The translations under genes were made by a program, and so were the position numbers. DNA of 64,000 nt from Phoronis australis (Eukaryota; Animalia; Phoronida): positions 62,001 through 126,000 of the forward strand of contig NMRA01000725.1 of assembly GCA_002633005.1 (NCBI GenBank), read 5' to 3'. Below the pieces are notes generated by a model, which saw only the letters and a list, made by a program, of their open reading frames with translations, was not told the origin of the DNA and ran no database searches. Shown piece by piece: positions 40,601 through 52,600 of the stretch; position 1 is the first letter of the stretch, and every line of letters begins with the position of its first letter.

Positions 40601-43600
40601 GCCAGAAATGTCAAGAGAGGAAGCAGGATGCCTGATCTTTAGCGACATGGTATAGTTGGTGCCACTGAAACGAATAGCCTCTTTACGGATATTGGTGGAG
40701 ACGGCGATTTTCTTGCGATGGTCGCCGGAATATTTAATCTCAGTGTTGGTCCTGCAAATGGTGTTCGCTTCGCCAGTGTTCACCTCATTTTGGACAGTGA
40801 TATCGTGCCCCAGTTTGGGATGCTGGATAACTAGCTCTTGTTTCATAGTATTGCCAAAACGTTCATGCTTGCCCTTAAACTTGACTGTTTTGCTCTCATC
40901 TTTGTCAGCATTCCAGAAGAAGCTTGAATCCATCTCGTATGCGCGCCCGCTGATGGCGAACGAAACGGTGTGCTTAAACGATCGCCAAGGTGATACCAGC
41001 TTATTGGACATTTTCAAGTTATGCTGGTCTCTGATGATTGTCAGTTCGTGTGCGACCTTCTTCTCACGTTTAGGATCCCAACAATAGACAATGTTGTGCT
41101 GAATGAACTCTGAACAAAGGATAATTTTGTGCTCAAAGATTGCAGTGCGATATGGTGTGACCATTTTCAAAACTGTGTCTTGCTTGAACTGGCCTCCTTT
41201 ATCTTGATTGTTCACATCTAATGTGAAACGGACTCTGTTCATGCGATACCCCTTTCCCTCACTATAGATTGCCTCTGCAGCAACGTTGCCATCATCAAGT
41301 TTTCTCCAGAATTCAACTTTTCTTGTCAGAGGCTTAGTCATCTCAATAAAGACACTATCTTCATTCCCAATACTTTCAGAATTTACAGTGATATCAAGGA
41401 ATTCACCTCCATCACCGCCCCATCTGATTCTCGTGTTCGCTGAGCCATTCCACACACGGGTTTGGTCCACTTCCCAAAACATGTTCCAATCAGGATTGAC
41501 TGTGTTGCTGGCAATAACGTAGAACTTGGTATCGTTGCGTTTGTAGAGCTCGACTCTTTTCTGAAAGGTAGTTTGGATGCTCAGAGTCTTTCCATGGGCC
41601 CAAGTGAAATCTAACGAAGATTGGCACTCTTCACCCTTTCGATGATTCTTGAGGATTACCTGCAGGTTTTCGAACTTGTCGAACGGGATCTTCACTGTGA
41701 AATTTCCTTCCGATTCAACTCTCGATGCACTGTTCTTCACAGCAGCTGATACACTAATGGTCTTCCCACGTGCATAAGAAACTTCTCCAGTTGTCTCAAA
41801 TGCACAGAGATCACCATCGTGGTTAACCTCAGCGCTCAACTGTTCGAAATGCTTGAATGGGCTTGAGAAGTGGATGTTGGCCAGTAGGCGTGTCTTGGCC
41901 AGCCTGAATGTAGTTGAGGCACTAACGGTGTCCCGTGGAGAGTATTTGACTACAGCCCTGGTGGAGATTGATCTCCACGAATGTCCTTTGTGGACAACGT
42001 TGACTGAAATGTCCTTAAAATTTTTGAATGGCGTACTCACATTCAAAGATGCTATAATGTCTTTCTTTAAGTCAAAAGAAAAACCACACTCTAATTTACC
42101 ATTCGGAGCATAGATCACTTCGGCATGGGAACTGAAATTCTTCGGTTCGCCGCTGAGACTGAAAGATGCATCGATGCTTTGAAGGTTTTTAAATGGACTC
42201 TTGAAGTGCAGCTTGGCTACAAACTTTCCATTGAAGTTGACATCAGATCTGAAATGAAACCTCTTACCAGAAGTGTACTTGAAGGTTGCTCTTGTTTTGT
42301 AAACCCCGTCTTCATAATTTGTTGTAAGTAGGAATTTCTCGGATGGTGTCACGAGGCTCAGATGACCACTGAAACCATTGCTTATATTCAGACAGCCGTC
42401 GAGTGCAGCAATACTTCGTAGGTGGCGGCCAAAATTTGCGTTGATAGTCATTGATTGAGACTGAATATTGACTTTCGAGCTAATGTATTTGGCAAATGGA
42501 GTCTTCAGCATGAAATTGCCTGTTATGTTTTTGTTATTGTTGTCCTTTAAGTCTGCGGTCAAGACAATTGTCTTTCTATCAGAGAGCTGCACAGTGGAGT
42601 TAAGTTTGAAGTCGCGTTCACCGTTCTGATGATACAAGGAGAAGGCAACATCTTCAACTGGCTGAAATGGGGTCTTCAGAGCTACGTTGGCAGTGATGGT
42701 ACGTCGGTCACCTACAATGTGCTGTCCGTTAACAGTCAGGGTAATGTTTTCCATGTGGGGGGACTGTACGCTGAACTCAGAGTCAACCATGGAGTCGGTA
42801 GAACGATGTCTCCATTTGCAGTAAAAGTCAAGGGGGGCAAACCTGAAGAAGATCGGTAAAGGGACGGCGATGTCGAGCTTGCCGGTGTTGCTGATACGCC
42901 ATTTGCGAGCATGGTGTGTCATGTCAAACTTGAAGCCGGCTCGTTTACGTCCTTCTCTCCTATATGCCATGCCGGTTTCAAACTGCCGGAGATCGTCCTT
43001 ATGAGCAGCCGTCAGTGACACTTCATAAAATCCTTTGAAAGGTGTCTTGATTGTAATGGAACCGTCAAGATCTCTTGTGGACTTTCCTCGGTTCTGAAAG
43101 TTAATTGTAACGTTGACTTGGTCCCACTTGACCACAATTTCAGTGTTCAACATAGCTAAAGCACGATCGCTGTGTTTTAATGAAACGCAAATGTCTTTTA
43201 ATTCCTCCCACGGTGTCTCAAGGGTCACCTTGCCTCGAATATCGTGTCCATCCTGACTTCTGCCCTCACCGGTAAAGGAAACGGTGATGACTTCTTTTGG
43301 TTCCAGAGTTATTTCCAAGCTTGAGTTTATCTGTCGAGAATCGTGTATGTGTGTGAACTTCGCCGTGACATCTTTCACGTGCTTGTGTGGAGTTTTCAGG
43401 TTCACCTGGCCTTCGAAGCATGGACGACGTGGTGAGCTCTTGTCGGTACCGAAAACGGTGATTTTGTAGTCGACAGCGTCAACCTTGACCTGGGTATGTG
43501 CCTTAATAGATTTGGCTTCGATTTTGTGGTCCCATACAAATTTGAGAGTGTTCGCGTCATTGAATGGGGTGTTGACTATCAGGTGACATTGGAAGTTTGA

Positions 43601-46600
43601 TTTTGAAGAATATTGCACATCCAGGTTACCACCGACTTTCTTGTCCTTGACCCAGGCGAAAGAACCACCAACTGAATAGTTTGTGGCCCTTATTCCGTAC
43701 TTAAATTTCAGAGAGATGTCTTCAAGATTTTCGATGGTACTTGCCAGGCTTAGCTCACTGTTGACAAAAGGACCAGAAGAGTATTGCCTTATTTTGAATT
43801 CCCCAGTAACAGAGATCTTTTCGCGATTCCACTGAGCGGACACGGTGGACTTTTCACCCGAGTTAAAATCGAGGTCAAAATGGCCAACATGAATTGGGTG
43901 AATGAGTCGAAGATTAACGAGGTGCTTATAAGACGACCTGTTACTGTTATTCTTGTAGCTACCAGTGAGGGTTACATTCTTTCTCTCATCTCGTCCAGCA
44001 TCCCAATTCACGGACATCTGGCCGTGAACAGCTAAGGGGAAATCGCTACTAAGCTTGTAGTAGCTTTTAATTTGCCTTGTTGGAAAGACCAAGTCAAGTA
44101 TGCCAGACATTTCTTCACTGTTCATGTTCATCTTCGCTTCAGCCGAGTACACATTTCCCAGCAAGTTGGTGGAAAGGAGTACTTCCTTGCTTCTATTTTT
44201 GTTAACAAGACGAGCCTCAATAGAATACTCATCTCCTTNGCCAATTATCTCCCAGGCTTCAAAGGGTTACTGAAACCTGGCAGAATGGATTGTCTTAACT
44301 TCTGTTGAAGTTGTGCGATTTTGGTGATTCAAGACTAAACAGGATCAGCATTTGACAAGGAATTCAGAAATGCTATTGGTTTATGTTCAAATATACTATA
44401 ACTTAACTTTCATTTTTAGCAGCATAACCCAGTCAGGCTAGATACTATCTGATCGGAGATTAGAGCAATTATCGAGCAAAAGAGAGCCGACCCTCCAACC
44501 ATAAATGCCAGAATGGAGCGAATCAGTATTGTAAGATATTGGCTACAGGGGTGATCTTCCCAACTTGTTGTTGGGATATAGAATCGAACTAGTTGGGAGC
44601 AACGAGAAAACGCCGTAGTATCGAAATCCAGTGAAGATAGCATCTCATACTCCAAAACAAGCTTAAAAAGTTCATATTGGATTAATACGTCGAATCCAGT
44701 TTAGAAGATTCATAGTTCATGTTACGTAAATAGATTCGATTAGACGGTGATATAGCACTGCGTATTCCAAAAGAAGCTTTAAAAATTCCTGCTTAGCGAT
44801 ACCGAAGCTAGTTTACAGTGAAACAACACGAGTAGGTGAGATAAAAGGTCATAGATATTATAACAAACTAAACTACAAATCCAGTCATTCTGGGACTCAA
44901 GAGGGCCCAACCTAGAAAAAATTGCAACAGAAGATTTTTTTGCATGAATGGAATCTTCAAACATCCCTTGGTGCCAGAAAAAAGTTTACCGAAATCGGAG
45001 TGGAGGAAGTCGGTTTTTCAAGACGGCGGAAAAATGGCCGCCTAAGCCGGTATTTACTACTTTCTGGCATGTTACTCATATGTAAAAGCTGGAAATAAAA
45101 CAATAAAGTTCGTCACTGATTTTATACTGTTCGTAATAGGCATACTAATAAAAAATGCCAATTTTCCGTGAAAGAAAACCACTATGGCAGATAAAATGGC
45201 GGCCGAAACGGCAATTTGGTACATGCTGTAAGATTTCTTTTTATATTTTGCCCTGAAAATGGCCAAATTTTTATTCTTTTGTAAGTTAGACAGTTGAAAA
45301 TATCTGGACCTTACAATTTGTCATTGGTTGGAGAGAAAAAAATCAAGATGGCTGACAAAATGGCCACCAAAATGGCCACAATTAACGTTCCGCAAACTTC
45401 GTTTGTAACCTGATAGGCATTTACACAAAAACATTTTACAATCTACAGTCAGGGTTAATGACTCGATTGTTTCTATAATTTATTGTTCAGATTTAGATAC
45501 TAAGTGTGGAATTTTAATCACATTTTAGATTACATAACATAAAGTTTGGTGCGTTTTTCAGAAAAGGCTTTGGTTAAATTTTCGTAATAAATTTCACACA
45601 CTCAATTATTTTTCTGTAAAATATATTCATCAGGTATCAAAAATAATATTTCTTAGAAAACTACGAAATTCTGGTGCTGGCATGTGTTGAGAATTTGGCT
45701 GTTGATTTCGTCTGAATTTGATAAAAAGCAAATAAAATTGTGTAACAAAAAGTTGATAATTGAAGTTTAATATTTAGTACTCACAATTTGTTTAATGTGC
45801 ATGCTTTTTTTGAACAAAAGTAACTGATTTTAGAGGAAATTAGTGCCATCAAACAAAAGGCCAGTGGTCTGCAGTCACTTGTTCTTATCCAGGCTTGGCA
45901 GATTTCATACTGAGATGAGCTGTCTGGGATGTATTGGGTACGTAATGTCAGGCACAGGGCTTCAAGAAGTTCTTGAGATGGTGCATGCATCAAACAGTGT
46001 GATCCTTATGTGCCACTTCCAAATATTGACAGATCAAGTAACGTCAATCCAGAACCAATAAAGAAATTCCGGTTCTTCAGAAATCCCAAGAGTCCCGAAT
46101 GTCACCAACGCAGAACACACAGATTCCGTGCCAAGAGGTGGAGCAATTCAATGCTTGTACACCAATGTTGGCTCGTTAGAATATGGAGACAGACGTCCCA
46201 ACTGATCACATAACTAGATTTATACGCTGGGGCATGCAATGCACAGCCAGTGTCTTCCGATTCTGAACCTTGAATTACAGTGGAATACCCTCATGAGAGT
46301 TCACTTCTGGCTTCCGGCCTACTGCCACTGGTTTTCTAAAAAACGACTGAATCAGAGTACAGGTCTTCAGAATTCGCAGTGCCAGAGAATAGTTCGTCAG
46401 AAGAATCAATGGCCAATGATATTCTTCATGATGATTTGAGAGGTGGTCTGAAGCTGTATGGTGAACTTATTGATGGCATGACGACTGTGTGCGGCGATGT
46501 ATGCTCGTCTTGTAGGTATCCATAAAAATCGAAGCACATAAATTAGACTTGTCCTTGCAAAGTCGAATCATTAGTCTTTGGCTACAGTATATGAAGATGA

Positions 46601-49600
46601 TTGACATCCTTCGACATTTTTAAAAGCAGAAATAACGTCAGATTGGGGGCTTCACTTAAAAGCAGTTTCTGAAATGCTGCCTTACTTTGCAGCTGCTGGT
46701 CACATCCCTTATGCAAAATCTGCATACGTATACTTGCAGCACACGCAGCAACTCAAAGACACCCGTCCAGATATCATAAGACAAAGTGACAGATTTGGGG
46801 CAGGCTTGTCATATGATCTTGAACAAACGCTCATGAAATGCATTGAAGCACCAGGAGGTTTAATTAGAGGTTGCAAAATGGGAGATACGCAGAGTGCACC
46901 GTGGCTGCTTTCCTTGCAGGCATGCTCAAGTATAAATTGTGCCATGTAGACTGTGACAAACTTGAGTTGTGAAACATGTCAGCAACATAAAGAATGTACC
47001 CAGGCAAGACAGTCACGCGACGACAAAGACATCCGCAGCCTTGTTGAATTCCTCCACAACAGAGACCCATTTTAAAGAGAAACATTACAAAACATCGCCA
47101 TTGGTGTGACTGCAGGTACGCGCGTCAATGCCGAAAATGGCAGAGAAGTGGGGATGACAATTCGCTTGTCCATGGAGGGGTCAAGTGTGAAAGACTTCAC
47201 ATTCAGAAAGAAAGACAAGGTTGTGGCAATGACAAGTCAATCACTTCATGTTGCTAATAGTGATTTTACACAAGTGGATCAACGACTGCTACTGCAGCGA
47301 ATCCTGACAGCTGCAAAAACAATAGTGAAAGTTCCTGAAGACTTTTGAAGTTTGACTGTTGCTGGTTCCACTGCTCTTTTTGATACAACGGGTCTTCCCA
47401 GAGTCTCTAATAAATAAATATTAGTTGATGCAATCTGGTCCAGCGGAGGACTACCTTAGGATTTCAGTTTCCACAAAACACGGTGATGCACGTAATCGAC
47501 GGCGGTTCTCTCCTTCACTGTATTCCATGGCCTAGAGATGCAACGTTTCAGTCGATTGCACCCAGACTACTGTTGTTTTTTATGGTTATGGAGGTGGCCC
47601 ATCAACTAAAGATGTCTTCCATGTTTGAGGACTGGGTGGGGTGGTTGGAACTGAAGTTCACTTCAATGGTGACATGGTGATCAAGTCAAGGAAGGAACAT
47701 TTTTGGCAAAGAGCAAAAACAAACAATGATTCATTCACTTCTTGTCAAGTTTGCTAGGAAATACTGATTGCACAGTGGTACCAAGTCAAGGTGACGCAGA
47801 TGTTTTAATTGTAGAAACAGCAGTAGAGAACGCAGCATAACGTCCAACTACCCTTATTGTAGACGATACAGACTTGTTGGTTCTTTTGTGTTACCATGCT
47901 ACTTCACAACAATTTCCAATGTTCAAGAAATTTGACAAGAGCCACCAAAGCAAGAGGAGAGTGTGGGACATCAAGAAACAACAGTTGTCTCTTGGAGCCG
48001 AAACTTGCGCAGTTTTGCCATTTGTACATGCAATAGGTGGCTGCAATACAACAATACGGCTGTTCGGTATTAGCTCTCCCATTCAAGAAACTGCATGATT
48101 GAGAATTTTGCGAATACGCCAGAGTATTCACTAGACCCATGCAGCTGAAGCAACACATATTTGAAGCTGGTAAGAGTTGTGTCTATGCTTTATGGCGGTA
48201 GTGGCTCTAAAAATTGGATGACTTGCGGTGCAGGCGATTTGTAGATGAGGTGCCAGACTAGCCCCAGTCCAAATACAATCATTACCACCAACTTTTTTCA
48301 GTAGCTAAAGTCCATCAATTAAGAACACGAGTGGTAAAGTTTCCGTGGCAGTGGCCTGGACTCACTGTAGTGGGGACAGATGCTGGCAGGTGGAATATTC
48401 ATTCCCACGACGACAGACTAGTCAGCAGCACCAGAGAACCTGCTGAAAGTAGTAAGATGCTCGTGTAATACCAACTGTAGTTCCAAGAGATGTTCTTGCA
48501 AGAAATTAGGATTGCCGTGCTCTGTTACATGTAGAGAATGCCGTGGCTTAAGCTGCTACAATTCATTCCCAGTTGACAGAGATTAGTTGTGTAAATACTG
48601 GTTGATTGTGTATAGATTTTGACCACAGACTGAGAATGACTGCTTCAGACAGACTTGTAACATCACTAAGAGAAGCCTAGTGGGAGCTGTACAAGCACTT
48701 ATATTATAAACTGTTTAACTTTCTAAACACACAATTGTAAACCTTTCTCCTGTCTCAACTGTTGCTGTATTCACTAGCATCTACAACTAACTGGAGATGA
48801 CACAGACGGTGTGCATAGTAGATCACAATCGCAGAAAGTTATTTTCGATACAGCACCTTTTTCAGGAGGAGAATGAACCTTAAGTCCAGGCGAACCTGAT
48901 GTTCTTCACCCAAATAAGTTATCGTTAAACAACCTTGAAAATGGTAGTCGTAATCATCACAGTCAGACAAAAATTATTGTAATGGTCGTGCAGACCTAAG
49001 AAACGCAGGATATGAAATGTGTGAAGATGGCGTGTCTCTGGAATCTGAAGTTCTTACATGAAGCAACTATGTGGTAGCTATCTTAGAAAATGGTGGAAGT
49101 AATCCTTAGAGCCAAATGCAATTAGTCTCAATGGATTAGTCGACCAAGAAAACTTATGAAGCGATGTTTGAAGCAAGGCGACGTACTAATCTGTTCACGC
49201 GAAGTTGTGCGACTCGAAATAGTTTTGGAGGCCATCTTGGAAAACGGCTGATGGTGTCACCACAGCCATGCAAAACTATTTCCAATAAATTTTTTGACCC
49301 ACAAAAGATAGGTAAACCTTTTTGAATTTTTACTCTATCACATTCCACTCTCGAGTTATAATGGTCATCTGCAAATCTGGGGGCCATTTTGTCCGCCATC
49401 TTGCAAATGGTGGAAATAATAATTAGAGCCAAATGCAATGAGTCCCAATGGATAAGTTGACCCAGAAAACCTATGATGCAGTGTTTGAAGCAAGACGACA
49501 CACTAATCTGTTCGCGCAAAGTTGTACGACTCGAAGTAGTTTTGGCGGACATCTTGGAAAATGGTGGACGGTGTCACAACAACCATGCAAAACTATTTCC

Positions 49601-52600
49601 AATGGATTTGTTGACCCATGAAAGATGGGTAAACCTTTTTGAATTTTTACTCTATCACATGACACTCTTGAGTTATAATGGTCATCTGCAATGCGGCTGG
49701 CGGCCATTTCGTCCGCCATCTTGAAAAACCAACTTCTGCCACTCCGATTCCGGTAGACTTTTTTCTCACACTAAGGGGTGTGAGAGAATACGATTTATGC
49801 AATAAAACCTTCAGTTGCATTTTTTCCGCGTCATCCGTAGAAGGACTGGACTATACTACAGATATCGATAAATACAAAAGTTACCTAATATGTTGAGCTG
49901 TAAGGGTGGGTGACAATCTGCTGTACAAACAACATTATTGGAGGTACAAGGAAGCAATAAAGTTATACAGAAGTGTTGAACCAGAAAGAAAAGTAACAAT
50001 ATGCGGAAGCAACAAAGCAACACCAGGACAGCGACATGGGAAAATTAAGTGTAAACAGGGAAGGAAAAATGGTTTGAGAGAGGAAGGGAAATAGAAATTG
50101 ACTGAAAACTCGAAACTAGAAGAGAATTATGGACGATGGCCAGTGTTGCGCCAAGACAAAGAGATCACGTGGTACAATTAAACCAATAATCGTTGAACAG
50201 AGAGGGTCACTGACACGAGAATCCAAACAATATGATAATGAGGACGAAGCAGTAGAGCTTACATAAAATAATTTAATACTGAAATAGTATTTATATGCGC
50301 TAACTGCAAAGCGATACCGAAGCTAGTTTACAGTGAAACAACACGAGTAGGTGAGATAAAAGGTCATATATATTATAACAAGCTAAACTACTACAGATAT
50401 CGATAAATACAAAAGTTATATAATATGCTGAGCTGTAAAGGTGGGTCAAATCTGCCACAGACGCAGCAGAACGATGCAAGGGAGAGCGAGCGAGGCTGAC
50501 AAAAGTAGCATGATTAAAAGGGGCCAAAAGTTAGTGACGAAAATAAGAAAAATACTGCCCATGCACTGTCTAATCCATTATCCGGTAACAACTAACAATT
50601 GCCAATCTATTTCAAGTTTTTAAATCACGACCTGAAAGTTGAAAGAGACCAATACTCACCAAGATCATAGTTAATCTTCAGGTCAACCAGTCTCTTTTGC
50701 AGGTCAATGTCAAAGGATGATGAGACAGTCTTATGATTATAGGTGTTTCTCATCTCCATGTGTATGTTCTTGTACTTTTTGTTGGACAGATCTTTCATCT
50801 TAGCCCAGTTGTACCAATTTGCCCGAGGACTCAATATCTGAAATTTCAAAAACAATGGCTTGGTTTTTTCCAAGCTCATGAAAGGCAATTTTCGTGATTA
50901 AGGTCGTACACAAAATCTTCCAATGAAAATGTCAAATTTCCAAAAGGCTGAACGAATTTTTACCAACCTGAAGTTCAACTTCATTGCGGAGCTTGTTGAT
51001 CTTAGTGTTGAGGAGGAATGACTTTCTCAGGTGAGACCTAGACATGGAGTACCATATTCCAATGCCAGCAGTCCAGAATCTGTCAGAGTTACCAAGCTGT
51101 GTGGTGCCAGAAATGTCAAGAGAGGAGGCAGGATGCCTGATCTCTAGCAACATGGTATAGTTGGTGCCACTGAAACGAATGGCCTCTTTACGGATATTGG
51201 TGGAGACTGTGAATTTCTTTTGATGGTCGCCGGAGTATTTAATCTCAGTGTTGGTCCTACAGATGGAGTTCGCTTCGCCAGTGTTCACCTCATTTTGGAT
51301 AGTGATATCGTGCCTCAGTTTGGGATGCCTGATACCTAGCTCTTGTTTTATGGTATTGCCAAAACGTTCGTGTTTGCCCTTAAGCTTGACTTTTTTGCTC
51401 TCATCTTTGTCAGCATTCCAGAAGAAGATTGAATCCATCTCGTATACGCGCCCTCTGACGGTGAACGAGGCGGTGTGCTTAAGCGATCGCCAAGGTGATA
51501 TCAGCTTATTAGACATTTCCCAGTTATGCCGGCCTCTGATGATTGTCAGTTCGTGTGCAACCTGCTTTTCACGTTTAGGGTCCCAACAATAAACAGTGTT
51601 GTGCTGAATGAGCTCTGAAGAAAGGACAATTTTGTGCTCAAAGATTGCAGTGCGATATGGTGTGAGCATTTTCAAAACTGTGTCATGCGTGAACTGGCCT
51701 TCTTTATCTTGATTCTTAACATCTAATGTGAAACGGAATCTCTTCATGCGATATCCCTTTCCCTCACTATAGATTGCTTCTGCAGCAACGTTGCCAACAT
51801 CAATCTTTCTCCAGAATTCAACTTTTCTTGTCAGAGGCTTAGTCATCTCAATGAAGCCACGATCTTCATTTCCAATACTTTCGGAGTTCACAGTGACATC
51901 ATGGAATATACGTCCATCACCGCCCCATCTGATTCTGGTGTTGGCTGAGCCATTCCACACACGGGTTTGGTCCATTTTCCAAAACATATTCCAAGTAGGA
52001 TTGACTGTGTTGTTGCCAAAAACGTAGAACTTGGTATCGTTGCGTTTGTAGAGCTCGACTCTTTTTTGAAAGGTAGTTTGGATGCTCACAGTCTTTCCAT
52101 GGGCCCAAGTGAAATCAAACGAAGATTGGTACTGTTCACCCTTTCGATGGTTCCTGAGGATTACCTGCAGGTTTTCGAACTTGTCAAACGGGGTTTTTAG
52201 TGTGAAATTTCCTTCCGATTCAACTCTCGATTCACTGTTCTTCACAGCAGCTGATACACTAATGGTCTTCCCATGTGCATAAGAAACTTCCCCAGTTGTC
52301 TCAAATGCAGAGAGACCGCCATTGTGGTTAACTTCAGCGCTCAACTGTTCGAAATACTTGAATGGGCTTGAGAACTTAATGTTGGCCAGTAGGCTTGTCT
52401 TGGCCAGCCTGAATGTAGTTGAGACACTGATGGTGTTCCGTGGAGAGTACTTGACTACAGCCATGGTGGAGATTGATCTCCACGAAAATCCCTTGTGGAC
52501 AACGTTGACTGAAATGTCTTCAAAGTTTTTGAATGGCGTACTCATATTCAAAGATGCTAAAATGTCTTTTTTTATGTCAAAAGAAACACCACACCCTAAC

